From: Candidatus Eiseniibacteriota bacterium
GTDB taxonomy: Bacteria > Eisenbacteria > RBG-16-71-46
Reading direction: 5' to 3'
Assembly (NCBI GenBank): GCA_963744995.1
Contig: CAVUWA010000010.1
Location: 512,001-576,000, forward strand
DNA length: 64,000 nt
The notes beneath the pieces are model-generated. The model saw only the letters and a list, made by a program, of their open reading frames with translations, was not told the DNA's origin and did no database searches. The position numbers were made by a program, and so were the translations under genes. Below, piece after piece: positions 28,262 through 36,914 of the stretch. Every line of letters begins with the position of its first letter. The first letter of the stretch is position 1.

Positions 28262-30967
28262 ATGCCAGCGGACAGGAAGTTTCTCCTCGCGTTGGTGCTC
28301 GCAGCCGGGTTTTCGCTCGTTCTCTCGGGTCTGTCCTTCGACGACGCCGCCGCGCGCCCGAAGATCCGGGAGGCTTTCTTCACCGCCTACCCCAGCGCCG
28401 TGGGAACCGTGCTCGACGATCTGCCGAGCAATTCGGGCCACTGCGGCGTCTGCCACTTCGACTTCAACGGTGGCGGACCGCGCAACCCATGGGGCCGGGC
28501 GGTCGAGCAGGCGAAGAACACCGCCGGCTGCGGCAACAACGACGTCTCCTGCATCAGCGCGGCCATTCTCACCATTCCGGTGAGCGACCACGACGGCGAC
28601 GGAGTCGACAGCCAGGTCGAGATCACCGACCACATGACGATGTACACGAACACCCCCACGTTCCCCGGTCTCTCGACCGCACAGGTGGACAGCGTCTCCA
28701 ACGTGGACCTGAACGACATCCTCGCCTACCTGACCCCGACCACCGGCGCAGACACGGAAGCCCCGGTCGTCACGGTCACCTCTCCGAACGGTGGAGAGCA
28801 CTGGACGGGCGGCACGGGGCAGACGGTCACCTGGACGGCGACCGACAACGTCGGCGTGACGGCCGTCGACATCTTCTACAGGGACGAAGCCGACCATCCG
28901 TGGGTCATGGTGGCGCGCAGTCTCGCGAACACCGGCTCGGCGACCTGGTTCGTGCGCAACACACCGACGCTCGAAGCGTCGGTGCGGGTGCTCGCCCGCG
29001 ACGCGGTGGGCAACGCCGGTGAAGACTCCAGCAATGCGGCTTTCGAGATCGTCGCCACCCCGGGCGGCATCGCGCCGACCACGCTGCGCGATTTCGAGCA
29101 GCCCGGCACGCAGCCGTTCGAAGGCGGCACCTTCAGCGACCACACCGCGTGCACCAGTTGCCACGGTGGCTACGATACGGCGGTCGAGCCGGGCCACGCC
29201 TTCCTCGGCATGATGATGGGCCAGGCCGCCCGCGATCCGCTGTTCGAGGCGTGCCTCGCGATCGCGGAGCAGGACGCGCCGTCGGCGGGCGACCTGTGCC
29301 TGCGCTGCCACACGCCGTTCGGCTGGATGTCGGGCCGCAGCCAGCCCACGAGCGGCACCCAGCTCACGACGCTCGATCGTGACGGCGTGTCGTGCGACTT
29401 CTGCCACCGTGCGGTGGATCCCGTCTACAAGTCCGGCGTCAGCCCGTCCGAGGATCAGGCGGTTCTCGATGCCCTGGGCTCGCACGTGCCGACCGGGTAT
29501 TCCAACGGCCAGTACGTGATCGACCCCAACACGCGCAGGCGCGGACCGTTCGGCGACGCGGCGGCCCCGCATCCGTTCCTCGAGTCGCCCTTCCATCGCT
29601 CGTCGGACTTCTGCGGGACCTGCCACGACGTCTCGAACCCCGTGTTCGAGCGCGTCGCAGGCGCGGATTACACGGTCGGACCGCTCGATCAGGCGGCCGA
29701 CTCGATCTCGTCGCTGACCAACATGCCGCTGGAGCGCACCTACAGCGAGTGGAAGAACAGCTCGTTCCCGGCGGGCATCTACGCGCCGGAGTTCGCCGGC
29801 AACAAGGCCGACGGCATCGTGGCGCAGTGCCAGGACTGTCACATGCCCGACGTCTCCGGACGCGGCTGCAACGACGTGGCTGCGCCGATCCGTGACAACC
29901 TGCCGTTCCACGACCTCACCGGCGGCAACGCGTGGATGGGCCCGGTCATCGCCGGTCTGTATCCGGGCGAGACCGATGCCGCCGCACTGGACGACGGCGC
30001 CGCACGGGCGACCTCCATGCTGCAGCGCGCGGCGACCGTGGATCTCGAGGTACAGGCCGTGGCCGACAGCTTCGAGGCCATGGTCACGGTGACCAACCGC
30101 AGCGGCCACAAGCTGCCCACCGGCTATCCGGAGGGCCGGCGCATGTGGCTGCACGTCGTGGCCAAGGACGATCTCGACAACGTGGTCTACGAGTCGGGGC
30201 ACTACGACGACGGCACCGGTGTGCTCGATCACGACGCCGACGCGCGCATCTACGAGATCAAGCTCGGCATCTCGCCCGGGCTCGGCTCCGCGCTGGCCGT
30301 CGCAAACGGCGAATCGTTCCACTTCGCGCTCAACGATTCGGTCTTCAAGGACAACCGGATTCCGCCGCTCGGCTTCACCGCGACCGCTTTCGATGCGTTC
30401 GGCGGGGCACCGGTGGATCCGACGCAGCCGGCGCCACGTTACGCGGACGGGCAGAACTGGGACGTCTCGACGTTCGGTCTGCCGCAGACCGCGCGCAGCG
30501 TGAAGGCGACGCTCTACTACCAGACGACTTCGAAAGAGTACGTCGAGTTCCTGCAGAGCGAGAATTCCAGCACCAGCGCCGGCGACGACCTGTATGCGGC
30601 GTGGACCGGAAACGGCCGCGCCGCGCCGGTCGCGATGGCGGCGGATTCCGCCACGTTCACGCCGGTCGGGATCGAGTTGCCGGCGTCGCTCGCGCGGCTG
30701 TCACTGAGCCCGCGGGCGAACCCGTTCGCGGGGACGCTCAGGCTCGAGCTGGTGCTGCCGCAGCGCGCGGAGGTGCAGCTCGAGGTATTCGACGCGCTCG
30801 GCCGGCGGGTGACCCGTCGCAGCTACGGGCTGCTCCAGCCCGGGGACCACGAGATCACCTGGGACGGCACCAACGCGGCGGGCCACGACGCGGGCACCGG
30901 CGTGTTCTGGGCCCGCGTGCAGGCGGGCGGTCGCGTGCTGGGGCGCCAGGTCGTCAGGTTGCGTTGA
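28262..30967 (+). CDS. Secreted multiheme c-type cytochrome (6 CxxCH) with Ig-like and C-terminal FlgD-Ig-like domain
   Basis: Signal peptide; CGVCH, CTSCH, CLRCH, CDFCH, CGTCH, CQDCH; TVTSPNGGE Ig module; GHKLPTG; C-terminal NPF..VFDALGRRV..ITWDGTN..GVFWARV. Confidence 0.85.
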   Translation: MPADRKFLLALVLAAGFSLVLSGLSFDDAAARPKIREAFFTAYPSAVGTVLDDLPSNSGHCGVCHFDFNGGGPRNPWGRAVEQAKNTAGCGNNDVSCISAAILTIPVSDHDGDGVDSQVEITDHMTMYTNTPTFPGLSTAQVDSVSNVDLNDILAYLTPTTGADTEAPVVTVTSPNGGEHWTGGTGQTVTWTATDNVGVTAVDIFYRDEADHPWVMVARSLANTGSATWFVRNTPTLEASVRVLARDAVGNAGEDSSNAAFEIVATPGGIAPTTLRDFEQPGTQPFEGGTFSDHTACTSCHGGYDTAVEPGHAFLGMMMGQAARDPLFEACLAIAEQDAPSAGDLCLRCHTPFGWMSGRSQPTSGTQLTTLDRDGVSCDFCHRAVDPVYKSGVSPSEDQAVLDALGSHVPTGYSNGQYVIDPNTRRRGPFGDAAAPHPFLESPFHRSSDFCGTCHDVSNPVFERVAGADYTVGPLDQAADSISSLTNMPLERTYSEWKNSSFPAGIYAPEFAGNKADGIVAQCQDCHMPDVSGRGCNDVAAPIRDNLPFHDLTGGNAWMGPVIAGLYPGETDAAALDDGAARATSMLQRAATVDLEVQAVADSFEAMVTVTNRSGHKLPTGYPEGRRMWLHVVAKDDLDNVVYESGHYDDGTGVLDHDADARIYEIKLGISPGLGSALAVANGESFHFALNDSVFKDNRIPPLGFTATAFDAFGGAPVDPTQPAPRYADGQNWDVSTFGLPQTARSVKATLYYQTTSKEYVEFLQSENSSTSAGDDLYAAWTGNGRAAPVAMAADSATFTPVGIELPASLARLSLSPRANPFAGTLRLELVLPQRAEVQLEVFDALGRRVTRRSYGLLQPGDHEITWDGTNAAGHDAGTGVFWARVQAGGRVLGRQVVRLR

Positions 30968-30973
30968 GTCAGG

Positions 30974-31004
30974 CCCCGGGGCGGGCGCCGCGCCCGCCCC
31001 GGGG
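30974..31004. terminator. GC hairpin between convergent genes
   Basis: CCCCGGGGCGGGCG-CCG-CGCCCGCCCCGGGG, 14-bp stem just after the cytochrome stop; no U tract. Confidence 0.55.
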
Positions 31005-31038
31005 ATCGCCGCCCGCCCGGGGCCCGGCGGCCTGACGA

Positions 31039-32037
31039 TCAGAACGTCGCCAGAATCCGGATGCCCGGCCCCCGGCCGCGCCCGAACGTCGGCACGATCC
31101 GCACCTGCGGCGTCTCGTGATCGGGGATGGGGAACCGGTCCGCCGCCGCAGCGTCATCCGGATGCGCCGCGGCCCGCGCCGCCCGCCGCGCGTCGCGCCG
31201 CGCGAGCAGCGTGCGCGAGATCAGCGCACCCGACACGGCGCCCGCATAGACATCCGAGGGCCAGTGGTTGCCCGAGTCGATGCGCTGCATGCACACCGAC
31301 GCCGCGGCAAAGTGCGTGATCGTCGAGACGGGTATGGACAGCGGCGTGTCGCGCGTCTCGTGCGCAGCGATCGCCGCCAGCTCGAACATCACCGAGGCAT
31401 GCCCGGACGGCATCGACGTGCCGTGCGGCGGATCGAACGCGCGCGGGCCCTGATCCTCGAACGGTCGCCGGCGGCCGACCGCCCACTTGCCGGCGTTGCG
31501 CAGGCCGCCGGCGGTCCAGTGGCTCTGCAAGATTTCCGCCGGCACCCGCTCGAGCGGCGTCCAGCGCGTGGCGAGTCCGGCCGCCAGCGCCCCGGCGTAA
31601 TAGATGTTGGTATGGCCCATGTTGCCGACCGGCTCCCAGCGGTCGCCGAGCCACAGCGCGGCGCGATAGAACTCGTTCCCGCGCGATCGCTGGAACGCGT
31701 CGTGGATCGCCTGGTCGTTCGCGTAGATCACGGTGCCCGCGCCGACGATGCCGGCCGTCCAGGCGGCGCTCTGCCAGTTCATGCGCGCGGGCGAAGACGC
31801 GACGTACCAGGCGTCCTCGAAGAACACGGCGACCGCGCCGAGCGGCCCGCCCGCGGCCACCGCGGGCGGCGGACTCAGTGCGGCGAGGAGGAGCGCCGCG
31901 AGCGCGCCCCGGCGGAAGACGCGGCGGAAGACGCGGCGGCGGGCACCGGACGCAACCGCACCCGGCGCCCGCCGCCCGCACCCGACGTCTGCGCGCTTCC
32001 GCGATTCCGCGCGCCGCGCGCCCGGCTGCCCGTCCAT
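31039..32037 (-). CDS. PAP2-family phosphatase
   Basis: KWAVGRRRP, SMPSGH, QRIDSGNHWPSDV (C1-C3 motifs); start very uncertain, overlaps the 3' end of ogt. Confidence 0.75.
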   Translation of the reverse strand: MDGQPGARRAESRKRADVGCGRRAPGAVASGARRRVFRRVFRRGALAALLLAALSPPPAVAAGGPLGAVAVFFEDAWYVASSPARMNWQSAAWTAGIVGAGTVIYANDQAIHDAFQRSRGNEFYRAALWLGDRWEPVGNMGHTNIYYAGALAAGLATRWTPLERVPAEILQSHWTAGGLRNAGKWAVGRRRPFEDQGPRAFDPPHGTSMPSGHASVMFELAAIAAHETRDTPLSIPVSTITHFAAASVCMQRIDSGNHWPSDVYAGAVSGALISRTLLARRDARRAARAAAHPDDAAAADRFPIPDHETPQVRIVPTFGRGRGPGIRILATF

Positions 32038-32672
32038 CCGTCCTCCGTCGCGTGCGCGGCCTCGTGCGCGAGCAGGCGGCGCTTCCTCTCCACGCCCCAC
32101 ATGAAGCCGGTCAGCGAGCCGTCCGAGCCCACCAGCCGGTGGCACGGCACGATCAGCGAAACCGGATTCGTCGCCGCGGCGCGGCCGACGGCGCGGGCGC
32201 CGCGCGGGGTCCCGAGCGCCTGTGCGAGCGCACGATACGACAGCGGCCGCCCCGGCGGAATCGCGCGCAGCGCGTTCCACACCCGGCGCTGGAACGCGGT
32301 GCCGCCGAGGTCGAGCGCGACGGCGTCGAGCGCACGAATGCGCCCCCGGAAGTACGCGGTGAGCGCGCGGCCCACGGGCGGTGGCAGCGGCGCCCGGCGC
32401 GGCACCGGAGCGCCGCGCCGCAGCAGCCGGGCGCGCGCGGCGGCGCGGCCCCCGGCGAACACCAGCGCGCACACGCCGGCCCGGCTCCAGAAGATCGCGA
32501 GCGCCCCGAGCGGCGTCGCGAAGCGGCTCTCGTGGATCGTCGTCCCGCGCGCGGGCTTCGGCCGCGGCTTCCCGGCGCCCCGCGTCCCGCGCGCGGGCTT
32601 CGGCCGCGGCTTCCCGGCGCCCCGCGCCCCGCGCCCGCGTACGCCCCGCGTCCCCGCCGCCTGAGGGTCCAT
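31875..32672 (-). CDS. ogt: Methylated-DNA-protein-cysteine methyltransferase
   Basis: TAFQRRVWNALRAIPPG, SYRALA, ARAVGRA..NPVSLIVPCHRLV; directly downstream of alkA. Confidence 0.88.
   Translation of the reverse strand: MDPQAAGTRGVRGRGARGAGKPRPKPARGTRGAGKPRPKPARGTTIHESRFATPLGALAIFWSRAGVCALVFAGGRAAARARLLRRGAPVPRRAPLPPPVGRALTAYFRGRIRALDAVALDLGGTAFQRRVWNALRAIPPGRPLSYRALAQALGTPRGARAVGRAAATNPVSLIVPCHRLVGSDGSLTGFMWGVERKRRLLAHEAAHATEDGWTGSRARGARNRGSAQTSGAGGGRRVRLRPVPAAASSAASSAGARSRRSSSPH
32541..32624. repeat. Perfect 42-bp tandem duplication in the 5' end of ogt
   Basis: CGTCCCGCGCGCGGGCTTCGGCCGCGGCTTCCCGGCGCCCCG x2; encodes RGAGKPRPKPARGT twice in frame. Confidence 0.9.
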
Positions 32673-32673
32673 C

Positions 32674-34131
32674 TCACTCCTCCCCGCCCGTCCAGAGCAG
32701 CATGGCCGCGTACGCGCGCCATGGCCGCCAGGCTTCCGAGCGTTTCTCGAGCGCCGCCGCCGAAGGCGGTGCGCCGCCGTTCGCCATCGCCTTGCGCAGG
32801 CCGAGGTCGCCGGCCGGGAAAGCATCCGGCTCGCCGAGCGCGCGCATCGCCACGTACTGCGCGGTCCACGGACCGATCCCCGGCAGCGCCGTGAGACCGG
32901 CCACGGCCGACTCCAGCCCGGGCGCCAGGTCGAGGTCCAGGTCGCCGCGCGCGACCGCCGCCGCCAGGCCGGCCAGCGTGCGCGCCCTGGACGTGATCAA
33001 CCCGAGCGCGACGAGGTCGGCGTCCGCCACCTGCGCGGGCTCGGGGAAGGCGTGGGTGATCGCTCCGTCGGGGGTGGCGAGCGGCGTGCCGAGCCCGCGC
33101 GCGATCCGCCCCGCGATCGTCGTCGCCGCACGCACGCTGATCTGCTGGCCGACGATCGCGCGCGCCGCGAGCTCGAACCCGCCCCACGCGCCGGGCACCC
33201 GCACGTCGCGCCGTCGTCCGAGCCGCCGGGCCAGCGCGCGGTCGGCGCGCAGGTGACCGACGATCTCGCGCGGGTCCGCACCGAGGTCGAAGACGCGGCG
33301 CGCGCGGTGCACGATCGCGAGCAGATGCGGCGCCAGGGTCGGGGGCACGATCAGCTCGAGCGCCGCGCGCCCCGGTATCGGCCGCACCTCGACGATGCCC
33401 GCGGCCTCGGCGAAGCGCAGGGCGCGCCGGTAACGGACGCCGTCGACCCGTTCCACGCCCGGAATCGCGCGCGGCCCCATGAAGGCCAGCAGCCGCCGCC
33501 AGTCGAGCGGCGGCCGGTAGGCGAGCTGCACGCGCAGCGCCCGCGCGCCCGCGCGCCGCCCGCCCGCGGCGCCGTCCGCGCGGCGCAGCGCCGTCGCGCT
33601 GCGCCCGTAGATCCGCCGGATCGTCGCGTTGAAGCGCCGCACGCTCGGGAACCCGGCGTCGAGCGCGATGCGCGCCATCGGCAGATCGGTTTCGTCGATC
33701 AGCTTCTTCGCCAGCTGTACGCGGCGCGTCTGCGCCACCGCCAGCGGCGCGGCGCCAAGGTGCTCCAGGAACAGCCGCCGCAGGTGCCGCTCGCCGACCC
33801 CGAGCCGCGCCGCGAGAGCGGCGACCCCGCCCGCATCGAGCGCGCCCGCATCGATCGCCCGCAGCGCGCGCGAGACGGTGACCGACGTGCCGGCCCAGGC
33901 CGGGGTGCCGGGCGAGGCTTCCGGCCTGCAGCGCAGGCAGGGACGGAAGCCCGCCGCCTCCGCCGCGGCGGCCGAGGCGAAGAAGCGCACGTTGCGCTGC
34001 AGCGGCACCCGGGCCGGGCACACCGGCCGGCAGTAGACACCGGTGGTGACGACGCCGGTGAAGAACCGGCCGTCGAAACGGGCGTCCTTGCTGGCGATCG
34101 CGCGATAGCAGACGGCGGCGTCGAGTTCCAT
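32674..34131 (-). CDS. alkA: Ada Zn-domain/AraC HTH - AlkA 3-methyladenine glycosylase fusion
   Basis: DARFDGRFF..TTGVYCRPVC, GFRPCLRCRP, AraC HTH, GQQISV, LPGIGPWTAQY, DAFPAGD, WRPWRAYA. Confidence 0.92.
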   Translation of the reverse strand: MELDAAVCYRAIASKDARFDGRFFTGVVTTGVYCRPVCPARVPLQRNVRFFASAAAAEAAGFRPCLRCRPEASPGTPAWAGTSVTVSRALRAIDAGALDAGGVAALAARLGVGERHLRRLFLEHLGAAPLAVAQTRRVQLAKKLIDETDLPMARIALDAGFPSVRRFNATIRRIYGRSATALRRADGAAGGRRAGARALRVQLAYRPPLDWRRLLAFMGPRAIPGVERVDGVRYRRALRFAEAAGIVEVRPIPGRAALELIVPPTLAPHLLAIVHRARRVFDLGADPREIVGHLRADRALARRLGRRRDVRVPGAWGGFELAARAIVGQQISVRAATTIAGRIARGLGTPLATPDGAITHAFPEPAQVADADLVALGLITSRARTLAGLAAAVARGDLDLDLAPGLESAVAGLTALPGIGPWTAQYVAMRALGEPDAFPAGDLGLRKAMANGGAPPSAAALEKRSEAWRPWRAYAAMLLWTGGEE

Positions 34132-34269
34132 GGGCCGCAGAGTGCCACGAACGGCCCGCCCTGTCTGGTCGTTTCCGGACATGGTCGTCCCGGCCGCCGG
34201 GGGTCGAAAAGACCTCCGGGCGGGCCGGCTCGCGGCCGATAACCCGCGGGACGGGGCGCCCGGCCCCCG

Positions 34270-35091
34270 ATGGAGACGGTCATGACGGTCAAGCCCAAAG
34301 TCGATTCGATCGAACGCCAGCGCGGCGTCCTCTGGATGCTGGGCCTCGTCGTGATGGGTGCGCTGTGCGCCGGGCTGGCGGTAGTGAGCTGGAGCGGGGC
34401 CGAGGGCGGTTTTCAGGTCGAGATGACGCAGAAGTGGACCTCGCTCGTCGGCCTGGCCGGCCTCGTGCTCCTGTTCGTCCTCTACGCCACCAAGAAGCAG
34501 CGCGAGCTCGCCGCGATGCAGGACCGCCTGCAGAAGGTCGCCGTGCGCGAGGCTTCCCTCCACGCCCGGCTCGGCGAGCTGTCGCTGCTGTTCGACACCA
34601 GCACGCAGATCCAGCTCCGGCTCGACATGCAGAGCATGCTCGAGCTGGCGACGCAGCGGCTGCTGTCGTGCTTCGAGGCGCACCAGTCCTCGATCATGCT
34701 GCTCAACGAGGAGAGCGGCCTGCTCGAAGTGCGTGCCGCGTCGGGAGTGGACGCCAATCTGGTCGCGGGCTCCAGGGCCAAGCCCGGCGAGGGCATCGCC
34801 GGGGCGGCATTCGCGGCCGGTGAGTCGTTGCTGCTCGACGACGCGTCCATGCGCGCGCGGTTCCCGAACGACATCAAGCCCGGACGCAACATCCGGTCGA
34901 GCCTGATCGTGCCGATGAAGTTCCGCGGCGCGTGCGTGGGCGTGATCAGCGTGAGCCGCACGCACCAGAGCGAGCCGTTCGAAGAGGTGCACCGGCAGAT
35001 GCTGCAGACCTTCGCCGAGCACTGCGCCGCGACGTTCGTCAAGACCCACCACCACCAGACCCTGCTCGAAGGCGTGCGCCGCGCCGCCTGA
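34270..35091 (+). CDS. Two-TM, coiled-coil, GAF-domain protein without output domain
   Basis: Two hydrophobic segments, then SSIMLL..LEVRAASG..GEGIAG..SSLIVPM..VGVISV GAF pattern. Confidence 0.72.
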   Translation: METVMTVKPKVDSIERQRGVLWMLGLVVMGALCAGLAVVSWSGAEGGFQVEMTQKWTSLVGLAGLVLLFVLYATKKQRELAAMQDRLQKVAVREASLHARLGELSLLFDTSTQIQLRLDMQSMLELATQRLLSCFEAHQSSIMLLNEESGLLEVRAASGVDANLVAGSRAKPGEGIAGAAFAAGESLLLDDASMRARFPNDIKPGRNIRSSLIVPMKFRGACVGVISVSRTHQSEPFEEVHRQMLQTFAEHCAATFVKTHHHQTLLEGVRRAA

Positions 35092-35189
35092 GCCCCCGCC
35101 GCGCGGCACGTCCCGCAGCCCGTCACCCTGCCGCGCCGTCCCGGCCCGCGCCGCTTGCCTGCCGCCGGTACCGCGTGGATGATCCGCGC

Positions 35190-35801
35190 ATGGTCCTCCG
35201 CAGGACATCCGCATCGCGCGCGCCGGCCGCGGGCATCACGTTCCGCCCCGCCACCCCCGCGCGCTGGGCCGACCTCGAAGCCCTGTTCGGCGAACGCGGG
35301 GCCTGCGCGGGCTGCTGGTGCATGTTCTGGCGGCTGCCGCGCGCCCGTTTCGCGGCCGGCAAGGGCGCCGGCAACCGCCGCGCGCTGCGCGCGCTGGTGA
35401 AGGGGAACGCCCAGCCCGGCGTGCTCGCCTACGCGAACGGCGAGCCGATCGGCTGGTGCGCGATCGCGCCACGCGCCGCGTACGTGGCGCTCGAGAACTC
35501 GCGCATCATGAAGCCCGTCGACGACCGGCCGGTGTGGGTCGTCTCGTGCCTGTTCGTGCGCCGCGACTTTCGCAAGCGCGGGCTCTCCGCCCGCCTGATC
35601 GACGCGGCGGCGAAGCTCGCCGCGAAGCGCGGGGCGCGCATGATCGAGGGCTATCCGGTGGAGCCGGCCGCGAAGACCGCCGACGCGTTCGTCTGGCACG
35701 GCGTGGCGTCGGCGTTCGCCAGGGCGGGCTTCCGCGAGGTGCTCAGGCGCTCGCCGACCCGGCCGATCATGCGCCGCGCCGTGCGCGCCCCGCGCCGCTG
35801 A
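35190..35801 (+). CDS. GNAT-family N-acetyltransferase
   Basis: CAGCWCMFWR, PIGWCAIAPR, SCLFVRRDFRKRGLS, IEGYPV, FARAGF; start approximate. Confidence 0.8.
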   Translation: MVLRRTSASRAPAAGITFRPATPARWADLEALFGERGACAGCWCMFWRLPRARFAAGKGAGNRRALRALVKGNAQPGVLAYANGEPIGWCAIAPRAAYVALENSRIMKPVDDRPVWVVSCLFVRRDFRKRGLSARLIDAAAKLAAKRGARMIEGYPVEPAAKTADAFVWHGVASAFARAGFREVLRRSPTRPIMRRAVRAPRR

Positions 35802-35849
35802 CGGAGCCGCCGCAGGGGCGCGGCGCCGCATGGCGCCGGCACGCCCCGC

Positions 35850-36845
35850 TCAGAAGTGCGCGTTCAGCACGGGCAGCCAGCGGAACGGCGGCGGATTGTT
35901 GTCGGCACGGTTGAGGACTCCGATCTGCACGCCGCGCAGCTCGTTCGCACGGTTGAAGATCCCGATCGTGAGGCCGCGCTGCACGCCCTCGTAACGGTTG
36001 TAGGCCGCGATCGCGAGACCGTTGAGGTCGCCCGCGCCGGTCACGCCCGCCGCGATCGCGATCCCGCGGGTGTCCTCCTCGCTGACCGAGGCGAGGCCGC
36101 CGACCGCGAGGCCGCGCAGACGCCGGCTGACCGTGGCGAGGCCGCCCACCCCGATGCCGTCCATCCGGCCCTCGGACACCGTGGCGAGACCGGCCACGCC
36201 GATCCCGCGCACGTGGCCTTCGGACACCGCGGCGAGGCCGCTCACGTGGACGCCGTTCAACCCGCCCTCGCCGACCGTCGCCAGGCCCGCGACGTGGACG
36301 CCATGGAGATCGCCTTCGCTCACGTAGGCGAGCCCCGCGGCGCCGATCCCCGTGCTCCGGCCCTCGCTGACCACCGCGAGTCCCGCCAGCGCCAGGCCGT
36401 ACTGGGCCCCTTCGCTGACGACCGCGAGCCCGCCGAGGCTCAGGCCCGCCATGCGTTCGTTCGCGACCGACGCGGCGAGACCCACCTGCACCCCGTTGAG
36501 GCGCCCCGCCACCGGGCCGGCGATTCCGAGCGCGAGTCCGTTGACCTCGCCGCCCACGTCTCCCGACGGGCTCCACAGCGTGAGGTTCAGCCCGTTCACC
36601 TGTTCGAGGTAGCGGTCCTGGAAGTTGACGCGCAGGCCGTTCACGCGCGGCGCGTGACCGAACGCGATGCCGGTGTCGTGGATCATCAGATTCAGGCTGC
36701 CGCCCGCGGACCCCTCGGCGCGGGCGGGGGCGGGGGCGAGGAACCCCAGCGCGAAGACGAGGGCGGTTGCGAGTGCGAGACGCGCCCGGGCGGGCACGCG
36801 GAGCCCGGAGCGGCGGACGAGGGGTGCGGGTTCGAACGGGTTCAT
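35850..36845 (-). CDS. Exported Gly-rich repeat protein (LA_2272-like surface repeats)
   Basis: Signal peptide; about ten ~15-aa repeats GxxxAGLAxVSEG; GLTIGIFN/GVQIGVLN; ends LPVLNAHF. Confidence 0.7.
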   Translation of the reverse strand: MNPFEPAPLVRRSGLRVPARARLALATALVFALGFLAPAPARAEGSAGGSLNLMIHDTGIAFGHAPRVNGLRVNFQDRYLEQVNGLNLTLWSPSGDVGGEVNGLALGIAGPVAGRLNGVQVGLAASVANERMAGLSLGGLAVVSEGAQYGLALAGLAVVSEGRSTGIGAAGLAYVSEGDLHGVHVAGLATVGEGGLNGVHVSGLAAVSEGHVRGIGVAGLATVSEGRMDGIGVGGLATVSRRLRGLAVGGLASVSEEDTRGIAIAAGVTGAGDLNGLAIAAYNRYEGVQRGLTIGIFNRANELRGVQIGVLNRADNNPPPFRWLPVLNAHF

Positions 36846-36914
36846 GATCTCTTCCTCCCGGGGAGCGGCAGGCGGGACGGACGGGCCGGCGGCCGCGTCG
36901 CCCGCCCTCTCTGC

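Noticed and set aside
36040..36560. ~45-bp periodicity resembling a repeat array
   Set aside because: Degenerate coding repeats of the Gly-rich surface protein; no constant repeat with unique spacers and no cas genes.
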